This document shows positions 1-9,170 of a DNA stretch of 64,000 bases, piece after piece; position 1 is the stretch's first letter; every line of letters begins with the position of its first letter. The stretch covers positions 170,269 through 234,268 of the forward strand of contig NZ_JAKWBN010000001.1 of assembly GCF_022511585.1 (NCBI RefSeq). Direction: 5' to 3'. The DNA is from Shimazuella soli. Lineage in GTDB: Bacteria > Bacillota > Bacilli > Thermoactinomycetales > Thermoactinomycetaceae. The translations under genes and the position numbers were made by a program. The notes beneath the pieces are model-generated. The model was not told the origin of the DNA. It searched no databases and was given only the letters and a program-made list of their open reading frames with translations.

Positions 1-31
1 GTAAGAATTAACGAAATCTATCTGGTGTTAC

Positions 32-157
32 CTAGCAGCATCTTCCGCCGAAACCAAAACCACCAGCAAAGACAAAGATGGTAGCTATGACTAGAATAAA
101 GATAAGAAGGCGATGCCAGCCAAACAATCCAAATCCTCCACCGCTAAAACCGCTCAT
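32..157 (-). CDS. small YjcZ-like sporulation protein (41 aa, Gly/Phe-rich, ends in CC)
   Basis: Minus-strand ORF MSGFSGGGFGLFGWHRLLIFILVIATIFVFAGGFGFGGRCC. AAGGAGG lies 8 nt upstream of the ATG. It sits next to a spoVIF-like gene, as yjcZ does in B. subtilis. Confidence 0.45.
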   Translation of the reverse strand: MSGFSGGGFGLFGWHRLLIFILVIATIFVFAGGFGFGGRCC

Positions 158-485
158 AGTGGAAACCTCCTTGGTCATGCTTACAATTTCTGCACCGAAT
201 TGATTCGGTAGCTGATTTACCTTATGCGGGTATTTCTTGCTTTGTACAGGTGTTTGCCCTGTATTAGAAATTTAGGTTTCTGACTAAGGCGTTTATTTGT
301 TAGAAGAGTAGATTATAGAAACACCAGAAAAGAGTGCTGGTATTGTTTATTTTTCTCAGTTTATTCTGCTTTTTAGATAAAGGATTAAACAAAAACCTAG
401 ATAGAAACGATTTAGGCTAAAAAATCGTACCCACTTTTTACGAATAGGCATAGGATAGCCAAGGAGAATAGATGGAGGTGTAGGA

Positions 486-770
486 ATGAGTAATGAGCCA
501 AGTTTAGGACAATTGACAAATATGATTAATGCCGTTATGGGACAAAAAGTATTGAGTGAGGAACAATTGAGCCAGATCATGGCTGGAGCAAAAAGAGCAT
601 TTGATCGTGGTGGTATGCCGCTTGTTATTGAATATTTAATGAAAGTCACACAAGCAGATGTAGATAAAGAAGAAGTGACGCAATTTGCAGAAACGATAAA
701 AGCAAATCCACAGCTTGGAAAAGATATATTAGAAGGCAAAAAAAGCATAAAATACGGAAAGAAGAAGTAA
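486..770 (+). CDS. stage VI sporulation protein F-like small protein
   Basis: 94-aa ORF with size and composition like SpoVIF/YjcC. It is adjacent to the yjcZ-like gene and followed by a terminator hairpin at 783-820. Confidence 0.45.
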   Translation: MSNEPSLGQLTNMINAVMGQKVLSEEQLSQIMAGAKRAFDRGGMPLVIEYLMKVTQADVDKEEVTQFAETIKANPQLGKDILEGKKSIKYGKKK

Positions 771-979
771 AAAAGAATAGAAAAAAACAGCTTTTTGTCA
801 GGAGAAGCTGTTTTTTTCTATTTGTTCATATATAATCTGTATTAACACAAAATTAAGAGTTTACAAGATGAATTGCCATTGTTTTTCCTTTTTTGACAAA
901 TGGATCAATATTTTATATATTATGTTTAATATAGCAATAATAGAAGAAAGCGACGGAAGATGACCCCCGTCGCTTTTGT

Positions 980-2071
980 TTAAAATCCTTGCAAAGTGTT
1001 CCACACTTCCAACTTGGTTTGGATCTTAGCAATGATCTCATTTGTAAACTCAGTAGTAGTCGCACTTCCAGACAAATCAGCAGTTCGAATGCCTTCATGT
1101 ACGGTTTCAATAGTGGCTTCATAAATTGCGCGAGATGCAGCAGTTGCTTTTGGATCGTTCATGTAAGTGAGCAGGGATGCTCCTGCCAGTATCATTGCCA
1201 TGGGATTTGCGATGTTTTTCCCAAATAAGGAAGGTGCTGTTCCATGGGGAGCCTCGGCCATGATAGTTTGTGGTTCAAATTGATCATTAAAGCTAAGGAG
1301 GATAGATTCTGCACCTGCAATAGAACCAAATAACTGCAAGACCATGTCACTTAAGCAATCACCATCACGGTTTAAAGCAGGAATAACTAATGGATCACCT
1401 GCATGATTGAGTAGTAATGCGTAGGTAGCATCAATTAGTTGCGGTTCATAGCGCACTTCTGGGTAACGAAGGCTTGCAGCATCCATCTCTTCTTTTAGCA
1501 TTCCTTCGTAAATAGGACTAACGGTATACTTAGGTCCACCAAATACTTTTGCTTTCATCTTTTTGGCATGACGAAAAGCATATTCCGCTACTGCACGGCA
1601 TGTTTTGCGGTCAATCGTTTCGGTACGATATGCAACTTCGTCTACGCCATCGCCTTCCCGCCATTCTTTGGCACCATAAGCATCACCTACAGCCATTCGA
1701 ATGACGGAAATGGGTGCATATGTACCGCCGATTGGTCTGACTCCAGGAATTCGACGACCTGTGCGAATAATAACTTTGCCATCAATTTCCTTGCGCAAAA
1801 TGGCATTTGGACTGCCGATATCTCCTTTTTCTTCAGGAGTGATGGTAGCAGCTTTTAGTCCAAAACCTGCTCGTTTCATTGCTTTTGCTGCGTCGTGTAC
1901 CACTTGGTTTTTGGTAGCGCGTCTATTTTCTAAACTGAGATCGTAGGTTTCAAATTGAAGATCAAATTGAATTACACTTGGATCTAAGACGCGAAGCGCT
2001 TCATCTAATAGTTCTTGACCAGTTTGGTCGCCTTTCATTACAACGATTGTACGTTCCATTGATATTGTCAC
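980..2071 (-). CDS. NADP-dependent isocitrate dehydrogenase-like protein (eukaryotic-type, subfamily II of the IDH/IMDH family)
   Basis: The N-terminal VVMKGDQTGQEL...ETYDLSLENRRATKNQV...AATITPEEK aligns with cytosolic IDH1-type enzymes. Confidence 0.55.
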   Translation of the reverse strand: MTISMERTIVVMKGDQTGQELLDEALRVLDPSVIQFDLQFETYDLSLENRRATKNQVVHDAAKAMKRAGFGLKAATITPEEKGDIGSPNAILRKEIDGKVIIRTGRRIPGVRPIGGTYAPISVIRMAVGDAYGAKEWREGDGVDEVAYRTETIDRKTCRAVAEYAFRHAKKMKAKVFGGPKYTVSPIYEGMLKEEMDAASLRYPEVRYEPQLIDATYALLLNHAGDPLVIPALNRDGDCLSDMVLQLFGSIAGAESILLSFNDQFEPQTIMAEAPHGTAPSLFGKNIANPMAMILAGASLLTYMNDPKATAASRAIYEATIETVHEGIRTADLSGSATTTEFTNEIIAKIQTKLEVWNTLQGF

Positions 2072-2178
2072 CTCATGTTAATATATTGTGCTCCTTTTCT
2101 ATTATAGATGTGGGACACTGGAAAAGAAAAGTAATCCAAATTTATGCAGTTTTGCAAATGATAAAAGGGGAGTAGAGA

Positions 2179-2592
2179 GTGATTATCGAAGTAAGTGTAG
2201 GAGTAATAGCACTGGCTGTTGTACTATTGGTCATTTATCTCATTGTGACCTTAAGACAACTTAAGAAAACACTAGCACAGGTCAATCAGACTGCAAGCAT
2301 CTTGGAAAAAGATACTCATGAGCTGCTCACGAATACAAACGGGCTCGTATCTGAAACGAGAGCTGTTGTATCTAATGTTAAAGATAAAACAGAAAATACG
2401 AAAACATTGTTTAAAGCGATTGATCAAATAGGCAAACAAATGAATGAAGTTTCTACCTTTGTCTCAAAAGCAGCTGCTGAAAATAAGGAAAAGCTTGGTG
2501 GTATTCTTGCGATTGTTGGCGCTGCTATGAATCTAGTTCAAGAGTGGCGTCAAAATAATGAAAAAAGGAGAATGAAAGATGTCCAAAACTGA
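2179..2592 (+). CDS. DUF948 membrane-anchored general stress protein (YtxG-like)
   Basis: N-terminal TM helix followed by a coiled-coil. Its position upstream of a ytxH-like gene and aroA matches B. subtilis ytxGH. Confidence 0.6.
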   Translation: MIIEVSVGVIALAVVLLVIYLIVTLRQLKKTLAQVNQTASILEKDTHELLTNTNGLVSETRAVVSNVKDKTENTKTLFKAIDQIGKQMNEVSTFVSKAAAENKEKLGGILAIVGAAMNLVQEWRQNNEKRRMKDVQN

Positions 2593-2920
2593 TACTCAAA
2601 TGAACCTAAAAGATTTTATGATCGGTGCAGCATTCGGAGTAGCACTAGGTGCAACATTGGCATATTTAACAGCTCCTAAAGCGGGGAAAGAAGTCAGAGA
2701 CGATATCAATAAAAAATTCAATTATGTTCGGGATAAAGGCCAGAAAATTGTGTTGGATGTAAAAACACAGAGTACAGATATGATTGGAAAAATGGCAGAA
2801 GTAAAAGATAAAGTTCAAAACAAATTGACTTCCATAAAAGAGAATATTGGAGAAGGCGTAACAGAGTTTACGTTAAAAGAAGAAGCCGAAGAAGATAAGG
2901 ATATATATACAGTAAACTAG
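2579..2920 (+). CDS. YtxH-domain general stress protein
   Basis: AFGVALGATLAYLTAPKAGKE motif. The RBS AAAGGAG overlaps the end of the upstream gene. A terminator lies at 2925-2958. Confidence 0.55.
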   Translation: MSKTDTQMNLKDFMIGAAFGVALGATLAYLTAPKAGKEVRDDINKKFNYVRDKGQKIVLDVKTQSTDMIGKMAEVKDKVQNKLTSIKENIGEGVTEFTLKEEAEEDKDIYTVN

Positions 2921-3033
2921 AAATAAAAGGCAACTATTTTAGTTGCCTTTTTTTACGGATGGTAGATGACATATAGACATATTTCAGTTAAAATGAATGA
3001 ATATTTTAGTAGAGTTGAGGGGAGCGAGTAAGT

Positions 3034-4125
3034 TTGAGTGATGCAAATGTGAAACAATTGCGTGATGAGCTAGATTCTATCAATCTGGAATTACTTACAT
3101 TATTGAGTAAAAGAGCGAGTATTGTTCAAGAAATCGCTGATATAAAAACAAAACAGGGTGTAACCAAGTTTGATCCTGAGCGCGAGAAACAAATGCTCGA
3201 TCGCTTAGTTGAACATAATGAAGGTCCTTTTGATAATGAGGCAGTTCGTCACCTTTTTAAACAAATTTTTAAAGCCTCTTTACAGCTGCAAAAAGATGAT
3301 TCTAAAAAACATCTTTTAGTAAGCCGGAAAAAACAAGCGGAGGATACAGTAGTTACCCTTGGTTCTACTCAAGTAGGAAATGGAAAACCAACTATTGTCG
3401 CTGGTCCTTGTTCTGTCGAGTCAGAAGAACAAGTCCGTGAAGTAGCCAAAGCTTTGAAGAAAAATGGAGTAACTTTAATGCGGGGCGGAGCATTTAAACC
3501 TCGAACATCTCCTTACGATTTCCAAGGTCTCGGTGTGGAAGGTCTCGAGATTTTGCGCCGTGTTGCGGATGAATATGGTTTGCAAGTAATTAGTGAAATT
3601 GTAAACCCGAGTGATATTGAACTCGCTACAAAATATGTGGATGTCATTCAGATCGGTGCCCGTAATATGCAAAACTTCGAGCTGCTCAAAGCAGCTGGAG
3701 ATGTGAAGACTCCTGTATTGCTGAAACGCGGTTTATCCGCTACGATGGAAGAATTTTTGCATGCAGCAGAATACATTGTTCATCGTGGAAACAAAAATGT
3801 AATTCTCTGTGAACGCGGTATCCGTACGTATGAAAAATGGACCCGTAACACATTGGATATCTCTGCTGTACCATTGTTGAAAAACGAATCTCACCTTCCA
3901 GTAGTTGTCGACGTTACACACTCCGCTGGCCGTCGTGATATCTTGGTGCCACTTGCCAAAGCAGCATTAGCAGCTGGTGCAGATGCAGTTATGGTAGAAG
4001 TACATCCAAACCCAGCAGTAGCTCTATCCGACGCACAGCAACAGATCGACATCCCTACGTTCGATCAGTTTATGGCTGATTTGCATGCTTCGAAACTGCT
4101 TCCGGATTTGGTGGAATCGAAGTAA
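3034..4125 (+). CDS. aroA: bifunctional chorismate mutase / 3-deoxy-7-phosphoheptulonate (DAHP) synthase
   Basis: TTG start after GAGGGGAG. There is a chorismate-mutase N-domain, and the KDO8P/DAHP synthase body aligns closely to B. subtilis AroA ([35 protein letters not shown]). Confidence 0.9.
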   Translation: MSDANVKQLRDELDSINLELLTLLSKRASIVQEIADIKTKQGVTKFDPEREKQMLDRLVEHNEGPFDNEAVRHLFKQIFKASLQLQKDDSKKHLLVSRKKQAEDTVVTLGSTQVGNGKPTIVAGPCSVESEEQVREVAKALKKNGVTLMRGGAFKPRTSPYDFQGLGVEGLEILRRVADEYGLQVISEIVNPSDIELATKYVDVIQIGARNMQNFELLKAAGDVKTPVLLKRGLSATMEEFLHAAEYIVHRGNKNVILCERGIRTYEKWTRNTLDISAVPLLKNESHLPVVVDVTHSAGRRDILVPLAKAALAAGADAVMVEVHPNPAVALSDAQQQIDIPTFDQFMADLHASKLLPDLVESK

Positions 4126-4146
4126 GTTTTACCAAAGATATTGGAT

Positions 4147-4192
4147 AAGAACCCCCAAACCATTTGATGTGGTTTGGGGGTTCTTACTGTAT
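4147..4192 (+). terminator. rho-independent terminator after aroA
   Basis: aagaacccccaaacc...ggtttgggggttctt stem followed by a T-rich run. Confidence 0.7.
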
Positions 4193-4484
4193 TTCCAAGG
4201 AGATTACTTGATGTTTTTTTGACTTTTCTTGTCCTATATTTATCACCTCAATGTAGGTATATCAAGAAGTAAGTATCAAATACAATTTTTATTTTTTAGA
4301 TAAATAGGTTTAAATACTTTCCTTTATAGCATTACGAGCGAGTAAACCCACGGTAGGGGTAGTGGGATGTCAGATGAAGATACTTTTTTTCCTCTCGCAA
4401 GTCTGACTATTTTTTACATACACTTGACAAATAACGAACGTACGATCTATACTACTCGCAAAATTCCAACAGGGAGGTGATCCC

Positions 4485-6740
4485 ATGCATAAAGCATTTT
4501 CTTACCGTCTTCGACCGACCAAAACACAAGCGACACTGATTCACAAATCCATCGGCTGTAGCCGTTTTGTATTCAATCATTTTCTTGGCGAATGGAACAA
4601 CGTATATCAATCAACAGGTTCTTTCAATATGTTTTTGGCTGCATTGATATCAAACACGGTTATGCTTAACATAGATGAGTACTATTTGAGTACTTTACTT
4701 GTTCTTTTCGTTTGTATTCTTTGGCTTCGCATAGCAGCCTCATTTTGGTATGATAAACCTACTACTACAGGAAAGATAGATGGGAGAAGATTGTTCGTGA
4801 GTGCGAGAGAATACCTGGAAAAAGCAAACCGCTATCAGGTAAAACCGGAGGAATTATTTCAATATTTTGCGCAGCATGTTTTGCAAATAACCGTTTTATA
4901 TCAGAAATCATCATTAGGGAAAAAGCCTCTTTTAGCGAGAAGTAACCGGCCTGGCTCCAAATATATCGTCGCTTTCACGGATCAAGAAGCAGCGAAGACG
5001 GTGCGGGTTAGACAGCCGGAATTTTTAGAGATGACCGAAGAACCTGCCTTACAATTTATGCTTAAAGCATATCGCTCCAATGCAGAAGGACTGATGTTTA
5101 ACCCTGGATTGGATTCCCGTTTTTTTGTTGTACGACATCAACTTTTAGAGTGGATTCGATACTATTGTATCAATAAATTTTCCAAGCAGTCCACAGCTTG
5201 GGTGATTAAGAACGGTTCGTCTGTATTGAAAGGCTCCTATCAACCAGGATTTTCAACCATTGTGGTCTATACAGGAGAAGAAGAAGCGAGTAAAAGTGCA
5301 GAGAAGAGCGGCGGCCAAGCAACTCCAGTGAGTTGGGAAGATATTTTCCGTTATTTGGAAAGATTGGGTTCCAATACGTTATATGTAAACTATGGATTGC
5401 CAGAAGCTTTTTTACTTAATCCCGAACAAGTAAATCAAATACGGGATGGTTCCAAAACCGGATATGTGGAGCAAACAACCAATTCATACTCCTTTATCCC
5501 AGAAGTTTCAGATGCTGTTTTATCTCCTTCCACACTAAAAGAGGAAACAGCAGTATCTATCCCAGTGGAAATTCCAGTTGAAGAAGAAAAAACGGTTTCA
5601 ACAGAAGAAATCGGGGATTGGGAATCAGCTTTTCAAGAAGAAGAGCCCCTCACTTCTGGCAAGGATAGAAAGCTTTCCGATACATATGTACAGGTCGCCC
5701 CTGTAGAAAAAGTAAAAGTAGAGGAGTCAGGACATCTTACGACTACTCCTTCCGTTGGACAAAAAGAAGCTCCAAACGAAGTGGAAACAAAGCCACTGAT
5801 AACCGAAACAAAAGAAGAAACAATAGAACCAACAATAGAACCAACACATGCTGTATCAGAAGAAAAGCCAGAAGTCGTAGAACCGATAGCGGAAGTGGTA
5901 AAACAAGCAGAAACTCAAAATATTGTACCACCTATAGAACAAAAACATACTCCTGAGGAGAAAAGCCAGACTCCTATCCAAAAAATAGAGGAGACGGTTG
6001 TTCCTGCTACCGAGTCAAAACCATCTTCTGTTTCACAAAATACATATTCTGCTTTTGACAATCCGTGGGATGACGATGATGATGGTTTTTCAGAACCCGT
6101 TCCGCATACGAGTCTCTTTTTCCAATCCAATGATGAGAAACAAGCAGAACAAAATGTTACTCCGTCAATCCAGGAATCAAAACCAGAAGCCGTGATGGAG
6201 AAACCGGCTGAGCAGCCAAAACCAGAACCTGCCTTCCAGCAAAATCAGACTGCTGTAGAAGAACAACAGGTTATCGAGGAGCACGTAGAGCCAGAGCCGC
6301 TAGCTCATCAACCAATTTCGAATAATCCTGATATTCCAGAAGATGTTCAGTATGGCTTGCGAGTATTAGAAACTGCAACTAATGAAGGACAAGGAATGGC
6401 AAATGGTTGGGAAGTGTGTCGTGCGCTTGCTGATCTGAGAAGGATATGGGTAATTGTAGATATGGAAGGGAAAATGGTGATTTTAGCAAGTCAAAATGAA
6501 AATCAGATTGCTGATTTCTTCACCTCTGAAGAATATGCCCAAACTTTGATTGATGAAGCACATGGGCGTAACAACAGCCTCCCTCAGATGGTACCGAGAT
6601 TAATATCAACAAAAAAATTATTTCGTGCCTTAGCTCCTACTGGATGTGTGATCTGGATCAATCGAGGGTCTCCGAATGCTTGGACAAGTATCATGGGAGA
6701 TACCTTGCCATATGTTCTGCAACTAATGGCTCAAAAATAA
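4485..6740 (+). CDS. chimeric protein: TnpB (IS605/IS1341 OrfB) N-terminal remnant (~45 aa) + TM segment + SseB-family N and C domains separated by a long E/P/T/K-rich linker
   Basis: Residues 1-45 (KAFSYRLRPTKTQATLIHKSIGCSRFVFNHFL) match the conserved TnpB N-terminus. The remainder has SseB-like motifs (IVAFTDQEAAK, LYVNYGLPEAFLLNPEQV). TTGACA-18-TATACT and AGGGAGGTG lie immediately upstream of the ATG. Confidence 0.5.
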   Translation: MHKAFSYRLRPTKTQATLIHKSIGCSRFVFNHFLGEWNNVYQSTGSFNMFLAALISNTVMLNIDEYYLSTLLVLFVCILWLRIAASFWYDKPTTTGKIDGRRLFVSAREYLEKANRYQVKPEELFQYFAQHVLQITVLYQKSSLGKKPLLARSNRPGSKYIVAFTDQEAAKTVRVRQPEFLEMTEEPALQFMLKAYRSNAEGLMFNPGLDSRFFVVRHQLLEWIRYYCINKFSKQSTAWVIKNGSSVLKGSYQPGFSTIVVYTGEEEASKSAEKSGGQATPVSWEDIFRYLERLGSNTLYVNYGLPEAFLLNPEQVNQIRDGSKTGYVEQTTNSYSFIPEVSDAVLSPSTLKEETAVSIPVEIPVEEEKTVSTEEIGDWESAFQEEEPLTSGKDRKLSDTYVQVAPVEKVKVEESGHLTTTPSVGQKEAPNEVETKPLITETKEETIEPTIEPTHAVSEEKPEVVEPIAEVVKQAETQNIVPPIEQKHTPEEKSQTPIQKIEETVVPATESKPSSVSQNTYSAFDNPWDDDDDGFSEPVPHTSLFFQSNDEKQAEQNVTPSIQESKPEAVMEKPAEQPKPEPAFQQNQTAVEEQQVIEEHVEPEPLAHQPISNNPDIPEDVQYGLRVLETATNEGQGMANGWEVCRALADLRRIWVIVDMEGKMVILASQNENQIADFFTSEEYAQTLIDEAHGRNNSLPQMVPRLISTKKLFRALAPTGCVIWINRGSPNAWTSIMGDTLPYVLQLMAQK

Positions 6741-6759
6741 AAAAGGAAGACCGACACTT

Positions 6760-6975
6760 TTTTGGCAGATAAGAAAGTATAAATCTTATCTTATCTAAAG
6801 CGAGACTAGGAGCATAGCGACGTAGCGAGACAGAGGCGTGACTTTGCGCTTTAGCGCATTAGCACGATCCGTACACTTGGTGTGCTTGTGCCCTAGTTAT
6901 GAGGTGCATAAGTGCAACTAAGCCTCTGTCAGCGCCTTGTAAGGCAAGACACACGGCAAGTTTTCTTTATGAATA
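6760..6975. repeat. dispersed intergenic repeat element, long copy (10-bp-stem hairpin cagataagaa...tcttatct, then a GC-rich structured core)
   Basis: It shares ~95 bp in three blocks with 53425-53520 (cagataagaWagtataaatYttatcttatct, cataagtgcaactaagcYtctgtcWgcgcc, caagttttctttat). Confidence 0.6.
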
Positions 6976-7056
6976 TCTCTTTTCGTGTCAGGTCTTTTTT
7001 TTGCTTAATTTGTTATACTAACTATGATACTTCTATTTAGTAGAGAGGCAGAGATT

Positions 7057-8097
7057 ATGGATAAAAAGAAAGAGACTATTACAATTTACGATGTAGCACG
7101 TGTAGCAGGAGTTTCGATGGCTACCGTTTCTCGAGTAGTCAATGGGAATTCCAATGTGAAGCCAGCGACCCGCAAAAAAGTTCTGAGTGTGATCGAGCAG
7201 TTAGGTTATCGACCAAATGCTGTAGCTCGTGGTCTGGCAAGCAAAAAGACAAAAACTGTCGGCGTTGTCATCCCAGATATATCCAATGCTTTTTATTCTG
7301 AAGTGACACGTGGTATCGAAGATATTGCAACCATGTATCGTTATAACATTATTTTGTGCAACTCTGACCTCCAGCAAGAACGAGAAACGCAGTTGATTGA
7401 AACTTTATTAGAAAAACAAGTAGATGGACTTCTTTTTCTTGGTGGAAATGTAAGAGAAGAGCACCGTCGTATTTATGATCATACAAATGTCCCTGTAGTA
7501 TTGGTTGCAACAAAAGTCGAAGATAACTCTTTACCTGCTGTTGGGATCGATCAACAACAAGCGGCCTATGATGCAACCGTTCACTTTATTGAAAAAGGCC
7601 ATAAAAAGATAGCTTTGATCGGTGGACCATTAACAGATATGGTAAAAGGATATCCCCGTTATTTAGGATATCGACAAGCATTAGAAGAGCATCAAATAGA
7701 TTTCGATGAGCGTTTGATTCGGATTGGGGATTATCGATATGATTCTGGTTACCAAGCGATGACGACATTACTTGGCCTAACAGAATTGCCGCAAGCGGTG
7801 GTAGTTTTGAGTGATGAAATGGCAGTCGGTGCCATTCATGCTATTTTAGATAGGGGCAGAATAGTACCAGATGATATAGAGGTGATTGGATATAATAATA
7901 TTCCTGTTGCTTCACAAGTACGTCCTTTATTAAGTACAGTAGATGTACCAATGTATGATTTAGGAGCAGTGGCAATGCGTTTGTTGACCAAATATATGCA
8001 TGGAGAAGAAGTACAGACAGGTCAAGTAACTCTTCCGCATTCGATCAAACTACGTAATTCTACTCAACCATTGGTAACAGCTGAGGAAGAAGTATGA
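7057..8097 (+). CDS. ccpA: catabolite control protein A (LacI family)
   Basis: MDKKKETITIYDVARVAGVSMATVSRVVNGN...RPNAVARGLASKK is near-identical in pattern to B. subtilis CcpA and sits downstream of aroA as in B. subtilis. The upstream in-frame extension lacks an RBS. Confidence 0.9.
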   Translation: MDKKKETITIYDVARVAGVSMATVSRVVNGNSNVKPATRKKVLSVIEQLGYRPNAVARGLASKKTKTVGVVIPDISNAFYSEVTRGIEDIATMYRYNIILCNSDLQQERETQLIETLLEKQVDGLLFLGGNVREEHRRIYDHTNVPVVLVATKVEDNSLPAVGIDQQQAAYDATVHFIEKGHKKIALIGGPLTDMVKGYPRYLGYRQALEEHQIDFDERLIRIGDYRYDSGYQAMTTLLGLTELPQAVVVLSDEMAVGAIHAILDRGRIVPDDIEVIGYNNIPVASQVRPLLSTVDVPMYDLGAVAMRLLTKYMHGEEVQTGQVTLPHSIKLRNSTQPLVTAEEEV

Positions 8098-8810
8098 TTG
8101 GAATTATAGGTGCGATGGATGTAGAAATTGAACAGTTGTTATTGAATATGGAACGTACGAAATCTGAAGAACGATTTGGAAATAACTTTATTACAGGTGT
8201 ATTAGCAGATGTCCCTGTTGTTATTACCAAATCCGGAGTAGGAAAAGTTAATGCTTCGATTTCTGCTTTCAGTTTGATTCGAGATTATAATGTATCTGCT
8301 ATCGTATTCATTGGTGTAGCGGGAGCACTTCATCCAGAGCTGAACATCGGTGATATGATTGTTTCAACGAGTTGCCAAGAACATGATATTGATGCAAGCA
8401 GTTTAGGATTCCCACGTGGTACCATACCATATCAATCTGTTTCCGAATATCAGGCGGATCCGGATCTTGTTCAGACAGCCTTAAAAGCTGCTACAGAGCT
8501 GGAATCATTGGAGTCGATAAACGTGAGATCAGGAAAGGTGCTTTCTGGAGACCAGTTTATTTCTGATCGTTCCATTGTGAAATTTCTCCATCAAGAACTT
8601 GGTGGGGATTGTGTCGAGATGGAAGGAGCAGCAGTCGCTCATGTATGTTATCAGACAAGTACTCCTTTTGTGGTGATTCGCTCTATGTCTGATCGAGCGG
8701 ACAATGAAGCTCCAGTTGATTTTGTCAAATTTACGGAGTTGGCAGCGATTCGCTCATGTAATTTGGTAACATCTATGTTACATCTTTTGCGGGAAGACAG
8801 GGTAGTTTAA
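8094..8810 (+). CDS. mtnN: 5'-methylthioadenosine/S-adenosylhomocysteine nucleosidase
   Basis: MIGIIGAMDVEIE...KSGVGKVNA...MEGAAVAHVC matches the Pfs/MtnN family. Its ATG overlaps the ccpA stop (ATGA). Confidence 0.85.
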   Translation: MIGIIGAMDVEIEQLLLNMERTKSEERFGNNFITGVLADVPVVITKSGVGKVNASISAFSLIRDYNVSAIVFIGVAGALHPELNIGDMIVSTSCQEHDIDASSLGFPRGTIPYQSVSEYQADPDLVQTALKAATELESLESINVRSGKVLSGDQFISDRSIVKFLHQELGGDCVEMEGAAVAHVCYQTSTPFVVIRSMSDRADNEAPVDFVKFTELAAIRSCNLVTSMLHLLREDRVV

Positions 8811-8891
8811 CACCTACGAGCACAGCTCGTTTCCCATAGAGTGCATCAACAAGGTTTCAAAATCTGCTCAGCAAGTGGGGAGGTGTTGTTG

Positions 8892-9050
8892 ATGCCAAAA
8901 GATGTGATGTGTGAGGTTGACAGTTGTTCTTACTGGGGACAAGGGAATTTATGTCAAGCAGATCAGATCTACGTTGTTAACCAGCGTGAAGAAGAAGCTG
9001 AAACCAGTGAGGAGACTGATTGTCATACCTTTAAACCCAAGCATCACTAA
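8892..9050 (+). CDS. DUF1540 small Cys-rich protein
   Basis: MPKDVMCEVDSCSYWGQGNLCQADQIYV is typical of DUF1540. GGGGAGG lies 8 nt upstream of this ATG, so it is preferred over the upstream GTG. Confidence 0.5.
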   Translation: MPKDVMCEVDSCSYWGQGNLCQADQIYVVNQREEEAETSEETDCHTFKPKHH

Positions 9051-9170
9051 GGTGACTTAGCTTGTATAACAGCTAAGTGTTGTATTTACAAAAGAAAAAC
9101 CAGCTTCTAATTCTTACATCTGGATAGAAGCTGGTTTTTCCTATATCATAGATGTAAGGAGGCGATTATT

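Noticed and set aside
8841-8891. GTG start for the DUF1540 ORF
   Set aside because: The internal ATG at 8892 is preceded by GGGGAGG at ideal spacing, and the DUF1540 domain begins there.
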